Shown piece after piece: positions 17,778 to 25,553 of a DNA stretch of 44,848 nucleotides (positions are counted from its first letter, which is position 1; every line of letters begins with the position of its first letter). Origin of the DNA: an uncultured archaeon (GTDB lineage: Archaea; Nanobdellota; Nanobdellia; Woesearchaeales; CAIVOO01); the NCBI GenBank assembly GCA_963845175.1, contig CAWJRI010000006.1, positions 1-44,848 of the forward strand. The letters run 5' to 3'. The notes below the pieces were generated by a model. That model saw only the letters and a program-made list of their open reading frames with translations. It was not told where the DNA came from and did not search any database. A program made the translations under genes and the position numbers.

Positions 17778-18221
17778 TTAAATGGTTGTTTTCTCCATAA
17801 ACGCTTCCCTTTTGATGTCGTCCAGAATGTAGAACTGCTCCTTCTCAAGAATCTTGAATTTCTCTATCTGCTCCATGAACTGGTGCACTTCCTGCATATT
17901 CCTGAATATGCCTTCAATTAGGTAATCGTATGCGTTGTTTATCCTGAAAACAGAATTGATGCTTGAATGCCTTGCAAGGAAATTTCCTACGTTTTCCCTG
18001 TCTTCTTTGTCAACTTTCAAAAGTATGCTCACTCTCATATCATAGCCAAGCTTCTGGAAGTCCAGCAAAGACGTGAATTTCTTAATTACATCGCCTTCAT
18101 ACTGCTTGAGCTTGCTGAATATTGTGCTTATTGGAATCCCTGTTTCCTTTGAAATTTTTGTCAGATTTTTCCTTGCATTGCTCCTGAAGTGAGATATCAG
18201 CAAAAGCTCCTTTTCTTTCAT
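17778..18221 (-). CDS. Lrp/AsnC-family transcriptional regulator
   Basis: HTH segment ARKNLTKISKETGIPISTIFSKLKQ, followed by an RAM/ACT-like domain (GYDMRVSILLKV...FYILD). MKEKELL (18221) is the preferred start because the TATA-like GCTTATAAAC lies about 25 nt upstream. The track ORF starts at 18239. Confidence 0.8.
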   Translation of the reverse strand: MKEKELLLISHFRSNARKNLTKISKETGIPISTIFSKLKQYEGDVIKKFTSLLDFQKLGYDMRVSILLKVDKEDRENVGNFLARHSSINSVFRINNAYDYLIEGIFRNMQEVHQFMEQIEKFKILEKEQFYILDDIKREAFMEKTTI

Positions 18222-18259
18222 AGAAATATATAAGCGCATGGAGTTTATAAGCGCGCGTT

Positions 18260-18273
18260 GTAGCGATCGCTAC
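18260..18273. promoter_or_regulatory. perfect 14-nt palindrome GTAGCGATCGCTAC (candidate Lrp operator)
   Basis: A GC-rich palindrome in an AT-rich genome. It extends to 24 nt with one mismatch (18255-18278) and is flanked by two palindromic CTTATAAG/TTATAAG TATA-like boxes. It lies directly upstream of the Lrp gene. Confidence 0.4.
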
Positions 18274-18315
18274 TACGCTGACTTATAAGGAATTGAGATT
18301 GAAGGAAACAAGATA

Positions 18316-18699
18316 TTAAGTTTTGAGAGGAGTTTGTTTAGGTTTTAGTTTGCTTTTTAAAACCTTCTCGCACCTTGCAGCCAAAGGAAGCGCGTCTTTG
18401 AATACAGAATAATAAGTGACATTCAACTCTTTAGCTAACTGCTCTTCTTTAGGTTCGGAATAAATAATTATTGTCGGATTCTTTTGCTGCTCCTGAATGA
18501 ATTTCACAAGCTTCTTTTTGTCGCCTGTGTATCTGGCAATTATGTATACTCCATAACTCTTTTCATTTAATTTTGAAATAACTTCTGCATCAAGATAAAT
18601 CTGGTCTATTTTGCCCTTCATATCCTCAGATAGCTTGCTTTTAAGCGTCTCAAATGTAAAGCTGTCCCTTCCAATATAAAGAATTTTTTCAAGGCTCAT
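18316..18699 (-). CDS. hypothetical protein (weak receiver/flavodoxin-like fold impression)
   Basis: 127-aa ORF. It starts with KILYIGRDS and has alternating hydrophobic strands. No catalytic motif recognised. Confidence 0.4.
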   Translation of the reverse strand: MSLEKILYIGRDSFTFETLKSKLSEDMKGKIDQIYLDAEVISKLNEKSYGVYIIARYTGDKKKLVKFIQEQQKNPTIIIYSEPKEEQLAKELNVTYYSVFKDALPLAARCEKVLKSKLKPKQTPLKT

Positions 18700-18700
18700 T

Positions 18701-18994
18701 TTACTTTCTCCTTAACAGGTAAAATCTTGGCTCAATCGCCTTGTTCTCTATGCTTTCTGGTTTGCTGACACCTTCACGCATTCTCTGCTCAAGAGAAACA
18801 ATGTAATCCATTACTTCAGCTTTGTTAAACAACAGAAGATTAATCCTGTTTTTGCGCAGGCTATTCATCAATTCATATTTTTCGAAATTTCTTTTATCTT
18901 CTATCTCGCGCTTCCAGTGCAAAAGATAATCTACCACAAGCGGAGCTGCTCCAAGCCAGCCATACTCTTTTATTACTCCAGTCCAGTCTACCAT
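18701..18994 (-). CDS. hypothetical protein
   Basis: 97-aa ORF separated by 1 nt from the downstream gene. One hydrophobic N-terminal segment. Confidence 0.4.
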   Translation of the reverse strand: MVDWTGVIKEYGWLGAAPLVVDYLLHWKREIEDKRNFEKYELMNSLRKNRINLLLFNKAEVMDYIVSLEQRMREGVSKPESIENKAIEPRFYLLRRK

Positions 18995-19033
18995 TGTCTA
19001 GAGCCCCTTTTAATTAATAAAAATAAAAAGAAA

Positions 19034-19960
19034 TTATTTTTCCTTCTTGAGCTTCTTCTTCAGCTCTTTCTCAAGGTCCAGCTCTTCAAGCAATTCCTTG
19101 TATCTGTTCCTTATTGTGACTTCTGTGACGCCTGCGACATCAGCAACTTCCCTCTGCGTTCTTTTCTCGCCGTGCATAAGTGCAGCGACGTAAAGCGCAG
19201 CAGCTGCTATTCCTGTTGGGCCCCTTCCAGATGTCAGTTCAGACTTCTGCGCCTGCTCAAGAATCTCTATCGCCTTTGACTGCGTTTCTGCGCTCAATCT
19301 CAGCGAAGACGCGAATCTTGCGATATAGTCTGCGGGATTGCTTGGCATTATCTTTATTCCAAGCTCCCTTGTTATGAACCTGTAGGTTCTTCCGATTTCT
19401 TTCTTTTCAATTCCAGATGCTTCAGAAAGCTCGTCAAGTGTCCTTGGAACATCGTGGCTTCTGCAGGCTGCGTACAATGAACCAGCAACAACTGATTCCA
19501 TTGACCTGCCTCTCACAAGTCCTCTCTGGACAGCCAAAGTGTAAACTCTTGCAGCTTCCTCTTCAACTGCCTTTGGAAGCTTTAAGTATGAAGAAACTCT
19601 CTTGAGTTCAGCCAAAGCAAGCTTCAAATTCCTTTCAATTGCAGTGCTTATCCTGTACTGCCATTTTCTCAGTCTGAAGAACTTGTTCTTTGCCTTTCCG
19701 CCAAGCCTGTAGATGTCGCCCTTCTGGCCGACTTCTGTTCCCAGTCCCTGGTCATATTGTGTATATGTTGAAGGCGCTCCTGTTCTCCTTCTCTTTTCAG
19801 CGCCATCGCTATCAAAATCTCTCCACTCCTGCGTATGGTCTATCATCTTGTCTTCAACGACAAGACCGCAGTCTCTGCAGATTATCTCGCCCTTTTCATT
19901 GTTGTAGAAAAGGTTTATTCCGCCGCATTCAGGGCATTTTTTAATATAGGTCTGTTGCAT
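19034..19960 (-). CDS. tfb: transcription initiation factor IIB (TFB)
   Basis: N-terminal zinc ribbon CPECGG...CRDCGLV and a B-reader region (HTQEWRDFD). Two cyclin-like repeats follow, with GRS..SV.AA.LY.A.R patterns. GGTGA lies 6 nt upstream of the ATG. Confidence 0.95.
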   Translation of the reverse strand: MQQTYIKKCPECGGINLFYNNEKGEIICRDCGLVVEDKMIDHTQEWRDFDSDGAEKRRRTGAPSTYTQYDQGLGTEVGQKGDIYRLGGKAKNKFFRLRKWQYRISTAIERNLKLALAELKRVSSYLKLPKAVEEEAARVYTLAVQRGLVRGRSMESVVAGSLYAACRSHDVPRTLDELSEASGIEKKEIGRTYRFITRELGIKIMPSNPADYIARFASSLRLSAETQSKAIEILEQAQKSELTSGRGPTGIAAAALYVAALMHGEKRTQREVADVAGVTEVTIRNRYKELLEELDLEKELKKKLKKEK

Positions 19961-20207
19961 AGTGTCACCTTCCCAAATTAAATTATGAAACTCCTAACCC
20001 CCTCTTAAACCACTGAAAAATGATGAATCAAGTAATTTTCAATAGTTTTATATATCAAGACTATAACTTATATTTAAACCTTTCGGTTATGCGCAAAAGC
20101 TTTATATATAATAGTATACAAACACATTTAAAAATATTGCGAAAGGAGTTATAAACCAATATATAAAACAAAAGTTTTTATTATATTAAAACATATTTAG
20201 TTCTGAG

Positions 20208-20795
20208 ATGGAAGTACTGAATATAGTGCTAATTGGCCCAAGATGTGTTGGGAAAACAAATACTGGAGAGAATTTAGCTAGATTGCTGGATATAGAATTT
20301 ATTGATGGTGATAATCTGGTAGAGTCAAAGTATAGGACTACAATTAGAGATATTGTAGAAAAAAATGGTTGGGAATATTTCAGAAGCTTAGAAAATGAAG
20401 CAATAAGAGATGTAATTAGCAAATATAATTCAAGAATAGTATTTGCGCCTGGAGCCGGCGCTGTGGCGCATGAATATTCTGATATAAGGGAGGAGAATAT
20501 AAGATTGTTAAAAAAATTCGGAAAGATATTTTTAATTTTACCATCGAATAATTTGGAAGAGAATGCACGCATAATTTATGACAGGATGAACAAAGACGAC
20601 AAGTCAGCCACTAAAAGGCCAAATTTAACTGATTTGACACTTTACGAAGAAATTTGTAAAAATTTAAATGAGAGAGACAGGTTTTACAAAGAAGCGGCTG
20701 ACAAAACTATATGCACTCATCAGATGAATGAGCTGGAAGTTGCTGAAATAATAAAAAATAAGATTAGTAAGAAACCTTTAAAAACACCAAGTTGA
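20208..20795 (+). CDS. aroK: type I (AroK/AroL-like) shikimate-kinase-family P-loop kinase
   Basis: Carries VLIGPRCVGKTNTGENLARLL..FIDGD, WEYFRSLENEAI, APGAGAV, KRPNLTD and ERDRFYKEAAD, collinear with bacterial-type shikimate kinases. Confidence 0.65.
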   Translation: MEVLNIVLIGPRCVGKTNTGENLARLLDIEFIDGDNLVESKYRTTIRDIVEKNGWEYFRSLENEAIRDVISKYNSRIVFAPGAGAVAHEYSDIREENIRLLKKFGKIFLILPSNNLEENARIIYDRMNKDDKSATKRPNLTDLTLYEEICKNLNERDRFYKEAADKTICTHQMNELEVAEIIKNKISKKPLKTPS

Positions 20796-20818
20796 TAATT
20801 TTAATTAAAAGAGGCAAA

Positions 20819-22135
20819 ATGTCCATATTTAAAGAATATGATATAAGGGGCGTGTATCCTTCTGAAATTGATGAAGAGATGGCTTACAGAATAGGGCATT
20901 CCATAGCCAAATATATGAAATCAAAGAAGCTTGTTGTTGGAATGGACGGAAGATTAAGCTCACCTTCGCTTGCCAGGGCGCTAATCAATGGTATTCTTGA
21001 TGAAGGTGTTGATGTCGTTGACATGGGGCTGGCTTCAACACCAATGTTCTACCATGCGCTCGTAAGGCTGAATCTGAAAGGAATTATGGTGACTGCATCT
21101 CATAACCCAAAGCAATACAACGGCTTCAAAATAGTGAAGGAAGATTCAATTCCATTGACCTATGAGCATGGAATAAAGCAGATAGAGGAAATTTTCCTGA
21201 AAAACAAGTTTGAAATGAAAAAACAGGGGCAATTGATAAAAAAAGACATCTTGAAGGAATATTCTGATTACATTTACAACAAGTTTGCAGCAAATGATTA
21301 TTCAAAATTGAAAATTGTAATTGATTTTTCAAATGGAGTCGGCGCGCTTCCAAAGAATGTATTTGACAGGTTGGAGATAAAAAACATAAAACTCGCAGAA
21401 AAAATAGACGGAAATTTTCCAAGGCATCCCTGTAATCCAATGATAAAAGAGAATGTTATTGATTTGCAGAAGGCAGTCAAAAAACAAAAAGCAGATGCAG
21501 GAATTATCTTTGACGGAGACGCTGACAGGGTTATTTTTGTCGATGAGAAAGGACAGATTGTCGGTGCAGACCTTGCATTTGTTCTTCTTGCAAGGGAAGC
21601 GCTGAAGCATTCGAAAAATAAGAAATGCTATTATGACCTAAGATTCAGCAAGATTGTCTGGGAAGAGATAAAAAAAGCAGGCGGAAAACCTATTATGATG
21701 AGAGTCGGCAACCCCTTCTACAAGAAAGCATTGCTGCTTGAAGGCGGTGTGCTTGCCATGGAATTGAGCGGGCACATAATGTACAAGGATAATTATGACA
21801 TAGATGATGCGCTTTATGCTTCATTAAAAATGCTGGTAATTCTTGCGAAAGAAAAGAAAAAATTTTCGGAACTTATTGCACCGCTGAAGAAATATTTCCA
21901 GACAGATGAAATTAATATAGAAGTGAAAAACAAGAAGGAAGTGCTGAAAAATATAGAAAAGAAATACGGGAACTGCAAAATCTTTAAATTAGACGGCATT
22001 TCCGCCTATGGAAATGGCTTCTGGTTCAACATAAGGGAAAGCCAGACAGAGCCGCTACTGAGGCTGAGGGTTGAGGCAGATACAAAACAATTGATGGAGT
22101 CTGTTATGAGGGAAATTTTAAAAGAGGCTGTATGA
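20819..22135 (+). CDS. phosphomannomutase/phosphoglucomutase
   Basis: Carries FKEYDIRGVY, the active-site loop TASHNPKQYNGFK and the metal loop FDGDADR. The C-terminal domain has the RESQTEPLLRLRVEA pattern (track: RESQTEPLLRLRVEAD). The first ATG is at 20819. Confidence 0.9.
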   Translation: MSIFKEYDIRGVYPSEIDEEMAYRIGHSIAKYMKSKKLVVGMDGRLSSPSLARALINGILDEGVDVVDMGLASTPMFYHALVRLNLKGIMVTASHNPKQYNGFKIVKEDSIPLTYEHGIKQIEEIFLKNKFEMKKQGQLIKKDILKEYSDYIYNKFAANDYSKLKIVIDFSNGVGALPKNVFDRLEIKNIKLAEKIDGNFPRHPCNPMIKENVIDLQKAVKKQKADAGIIFDGDADRVIFVDEKGQIVGADLAFVLLAREALKHSKNKKCYYDLRFSKIVWEEIKKAGGKPIMMRVGNPFYKKALLLEGGVLAMELSGHIMYKDNYDIDDALYASLKMLVILAKEKKKFSELIAPLKKYFQTDEINIEVKNKKEVLKNIEKKYGNCKIFKLDGISAYGNGFWFNIRESQTEPLLRLRVEADTKQLMESVMREILKEAV

Positions 22136-23931
22136 AAGTAATCCACAAATTCAAAAATTTCATAGTTGAAGGCGAAGGCATTGATAACTTCATTTTAACA
22201 AATAAGACGGGTGGCTATGCCTCATTTTCAAACAAGAGTATAAGCAAATATCAGGGTGTTTTCTTTAACGAAGGATTTGAAAAATTCAAGGTTATTGAGA
22301 ACATAAAGATTCCAGGAGAAATGAAGTCATTAATCAACAAGTTCTGGTGCGTTGAGAGGGAAAGGGAACTTGCAAAGGAGGCTATTTTCATGCCCACAGG
22401 ACACGACGCATTGGTTTACGCACTTGAGAGGGAAGCTGAAATAACACTTGTGCTTGACAGCAGGAAAATGTACGATTTTGATGAATGGGGCAGGAATTAC
22501 AAGATTCAGGAAAAGGACGGAAAGATAATTGTAACTTACACAAAAGAAAAAAAAGGCAAGAAAGAGTATGAGATTTATCTAGCAATTTTGCCGGACAGGC
22601 TTGACTATGACAAAATAGGTAAATGGAGAGAAGTCGATTATAGCTATGACAGCGCAAGGAAAAGCAAGTCAAAGATGTATGTTTACGACGCGCTGAAATT
22701 GAGGGCGAAACAGGTTGTTTTCGGATTTTCAACAAGCAAGGAAAAGGCGATTCAGGAGGCTGAGTTTGCAAAAAATAATATTGAAGCGCTGAAAAAAGAG
22801 AAATTAGATGAACTGCACACTCTAAAATTAGGGTTTATGCTTGACAGGCAGATAAAAATGGCTTATCTCTGCGCACAGGATTCCCTGAATAACTTAATCT
22901 GCAACATAAATAGCGAAGAAGGCATTCTTGCAGGACTTTACTGGTTTGACCAGTTCTGGTCGAGGGATGAATTAGTTAGCCTAAAGGCATTGATTCTTGA
23001 AGGAAAATATAAGCTTGTTAAGCAGATACTGTTTAAATACATAAGAAAAATCATGACAGATGGAAGACTGCCAAACAGGATTCCTGAATGGGGAAAAAGC
23101 GCTGATTCAATCGGTTGGCTTTTCAAGAGGGTTTCTGACTTGATTGAGATACTTGAGGAAAAAGGCATTCTGATGAAAACAATCAGCAGGACAGAAGCAA
23201 TGGAATTTAAAAGCGCAGTTGAAAAAGCTTCATTAAGTATCAAGAAAAATTATTCTTCTGAAGACGGATTAATACTTAATAAGGAAAAGGAAACTTGGAT
23301 GGATTCAGTTGCAAGAGATGGCGCAAGGATAGAGATACAGGCAATGCAGCTGAACATGTACAAATTAATGAAGAAATTGTGTAAAAAATTAAAAGATAAT
23401 GCAGGCTATATGCTTGCAGAGAAATCAGAGAAAGAACTTCTCGAAGTTGTAAGAAAAAATTTCTGGAACAAGCATTACCTTAATGACGGACTGAATGACA
23501 AGACAATAAGGCCGAATGTTTTCATTGCATATTACATTTATCCCGAGCTTCTTACGCAAAAGCAGTGGATGAAATGCTTCAGCAACATCCTTCCAAGGCT
23601 CTGGACCGGCTTAGGCTACAGCTCATTGGACATGCACCATCCTAATTTCCAGCCTTATCACACTGGCGAGGACGATAGGAGCTATCATAGCGGAGATTCC
23701 TGGCATTGGATTAATTGTCTTGCAACAATCTGCCTCTTCAGGCTTGGCAAATTCAGGTTCTACAAACACATACAAAAACCTGCAATGGCAGCTGCAAATG
23801 ATATTTTGTGGCAGGGTATACCTGGCTCTGCGTCAGAAATAAGCTCTGCAAAGGACCACAAGGCATTCGGCTGCTTTGACCAGGCATGGAGTAACGCTTT
23901 ATTCATTGAAATGATTGAAGAATTGTTTTAA
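22132..23931 (+). CDS. archaeal-type glycogen debranching enzyme (amylo-alpha-1,6-glucosidase, GDE_C-like)
   Basis: Carries GLYWFDQFWSRDELVSLKAL, DGRLPNRIP, GDSWHWINCL and DQAWSNALFIE, typical of the (alpha/alpha)6 GDE_C domain. The start overlaps the PMM stop. Confidence 0.8.
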   Translation: MKVIHKFKNFIVEGEGIDNFILTNKTGGYASFSNKSISKYQGVFFNEGFEKFKVIENIKIPGEMKSLINKFWCVERERELAKEAIFMPTGHDALVYALEREAEITLVLDSRKMYDFDEWGRNYKIQEKDGKIIVTYTKEKKGKKEYEIYLAILPDRLDYDKIGKWREVDYSYDSARKSKSKMYVYDALKLRAKQVVFGFSTSKEKAIQEAEFAKNNIEALKKEKLDELHTLKLGFMLDRQIKMAYLCAQDSLNNLICNINSEEGILAGLYWFDQFWSRDELVSLKALILEGKYKLVKQILFKYIRKIMTDGRLPNRIPEWGKSADSIGWLFKRVSDLIEILEEKGILMKTISRTEAMEFKSAVEKASLSIKKNYSSEDGLILNKEKETWMDSVARDGARIEIQAMQLNMYKLMKKLCKKLKDNAGYMLAEKSEKELLEVVRKNFWNKHYLNDGLNDKTIRPNVFIAYYIYPELLTQKQWMKCFSNILPRLWTGLGYSSLDMHHPNFQPYHTGEDDRSYHSGDSWHWINCLATICLFRLGKFRFYKHIQKPAMAAANDILWQGIPGSASEISSAKDHKAFGCFDQAWSNALFIEMIEELF

Positions 23932-24281
23932 GCATTTCCAACATAATAAGTCATGAAATCATTTTCTTTGTTTGTGATTTCCTGCTTTTTCATATAATTA
24001 AAATAAGCAGATTTAACTTCGTGAAACAACCATGACCTTGAAACTATTTCTGCGAATGGGTCGAAATCTTTGGCAATTCTGATAATCTCTTCGATGCTTT
24101 TATATTTTATCTGCATGACGCTGTGCTTTGGCTCCTCAAACCTGTCGAGAATAACTGCGCCGCTGTCGTCTATGAAAAGAACAGTTCCTGTGTCTGGGTC
24201 CATTTCTTTGCGCTCAATTAACTCTTTTATCTCGTCCTCAAGTTCGTTCCTGTTCATCTGATTGTATTGTTTATTTTCCAT
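23928..24281 (-). CDS. small protein, divergent paralog 3 of an operon-internal family
   Basis: 117 aa. It shares the pattern QY.QM...EL ... (V/M/F)(L/V/M)F(I/V)(D/E)D with 24902..25243 and 25245..25553. The start overlaps the upstream gene by 11 nt. Confidence 0.5.
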   Translation of the reverse strand: MENKQYNQMNRNELEDEIKELIERKEMDPDTGTVLFIDDSGAVILDRFEEPKHSVMQIKYKSIEEIIRIAKDFDPFAEIVSRSWLFHEVKSAYFNYMKKQEITNKENDFMTYYVGNA

Positions 24282-24900
24282 TTATCGCCTCCCAAGGCGA
24301 CTGGTAAACCACTTTTGACCTGCCGTCGCTGACTAGATACACACGATAGCCGTTTCCCAGGGCAGACAAAATATACTCTTCCCTGCCATAAGAACTGCGC
24401 ATGTCTAATTTACTTGGCTCTGGCTTTTCCCTATGGATATGAAAACCGCGCTTTCGCGAAGAGCCGAGATACAGCTTATTGCATTCTTCTCTTAGCGCTC
24501 TTCCTATTTTTGGCAAATCATGTGTTGCGTTTTTCTTTTTGTCGTAAATGTCAGAAACATATTTTGAAAGCAAAGATATTATTGGATTTCCTTCTGCGCT
24601 TGGGTTTGGTGTGTGTCTTGACGTCAGCTGATTTATTGAATCTGTCAGCCTGTCAACAACAGTTATGTTGCCTTGCTCAAGTTCGCGCGCTAATTTTCCA
24701 ATGTCAGCTATTTCATTCGGCTCTTCGATGAATTCAGCTCTGTTTCCGCAAATATCAACTCTCCCACCTGTCTCTGCGTAATCAATGCTGCACGCCTTTT
24801 TGACCAATGCCTGCAGCTGTTCTTTTAATCTTGGCTCTGTAAAATCTATTCTTGTCTCTTTTGTTCTTCCTAAAAAATAATTCATGAGTTTCTTCAGCAT
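24271..24900 (-). CDS. possible JAB/MPN+ (JAMM) metalloprotease-like protein with a long insertion
   Basis: 209 aa. The N-terminal IDFTEPRLKEQLQALVKKACSIDYAETGGRV fits the E-x-x-G motif context. The C-terminal GFHIHREKPEPSKLD gives HxH-x6-S-x2-D, one residue shorter than canonical HxH-x7-S-x2-D, and is followed by the strand YILSAL..YRVYLVS. Confidence 0.35.
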   Translation of the reverse strand: MLKKLMNYFLGRTKETRIDFTEPRLKEQLQALVKKACSIDYAETGGRVDICGNRAEFIEEPNEIADIGKLARELEQGNITVVDRLTDSINQLTSRHTPNPSAEGNPIISLLSKYVSDIYDKKKNATHDLPKIGRALREECNKLYLGSSRKRGFHIHREKPEPSKLDMRSSYGREEYILSALGNGYRVYLVSDGRSKVVYQSPWEAINGK

Positions 24901-24901
24901 T

Positions 24902-25243
24902 TTAGTTTAATGTCCTCGCTTTCCATCTTCTTTCATATTCTCTCTCCAGGTATTCAAACTCTTCACCAAAAAATGGCTTTATTACGAAGCCCAAGTCCTG
25001 ATATTCGCATTTAAGTGAGCGGATCTTGTCTATGATATCGCATTTACTGCTGTTGAAATGCTGGACTGTGTTGCTGTACAAGTCAAGGAATGTTATGTTA
25101 CGTTCATCTTCAATGAATACCATCCCCTTGACGCTGCGATCTATTGAGCCTTCTTTGAACCTGACTTCCGAGAGATTTACAAGCTCTCTTGTATCCATCT
25201 CATAATATGGTTTAATATCATAATATGGTCTAATTTCAAACAT
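24902..25243 (-). CDS. small protein, divergent paralog 2
   Basis: 113 aa. Carries KPYYEMDTRELVNL ... MVFIEDERNITFLDLY and a helical acidic/aromatic C-terminus ending ...KARTLN. Confidence 0.5.
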   Translation of the reverse strand: MFEIRPYYDIKPYYEMDTRELVNLSEVRFKEGSIDRSVKGMVFIEDERNITFLDLYSNTVQHFNSSKCDIIDKIRSLKCEYQDLGFVIKPFFGEEFEYLEREYERRWKARTLN

Positions 25244-25244
25244 C

Positions 25245-25553
25245 TTAATTCAGCCTCTGTTTTCTTTTTTCATATTCAACTATTTGATATGCTTCCTGCA
25301 ACTCTTTAATTATCGGATCCATCAGTTCGTTTCCCTTTATAATAGACTCAGGAAACTGCTTAATGAAATTGTTGACCTGCTCCTCTAAATTGTCTATTTT
25401 CTCCCAGTGTATTCTTCCGCCATTTCTTCTTTTTGGATGTATATAAGTTATGTAATCTTCATCAACAAACATGAAATGGTCTGAATTATATGAACTTGCC
25501 ATCTGAAATAAATCCTTAAATGTCATCTGACTGTATGGTTTCAGCTCAAGCAT
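25245..25553 (-). CDS. small protein, divergent paralog 1
   Basis: MLELKPYSQMTFKDLFQ (ATG 25553) is the preferred start. It gives an 8-nt overlap (ATGCTTGA) with the GH15 stop, whereas the track ORF (to 25655) would overlap GH15 by 110 nt. The protein ends ...KQRLN. Confidence 0.5.
   Translation of the reverse strand: MLELKPYSQMTFKDLFQMASSYNSDHFMFVDEDYITYIHPKRRNGGRIHWEKIDNLEEQVNNFIKQFPESIIKGNELMDPIIKELQEAYQIVEYEKRKQRLN

Noticed and set aside
18262-18269. GCGATCGC (identical to the cyanobacterial HIP1 octamer) as a taxonomic signal
   Set aside because: It is a single occurrence inside a longer local palindrome, and everything around it is archaeal. It was treated as part of a candidate operator only.
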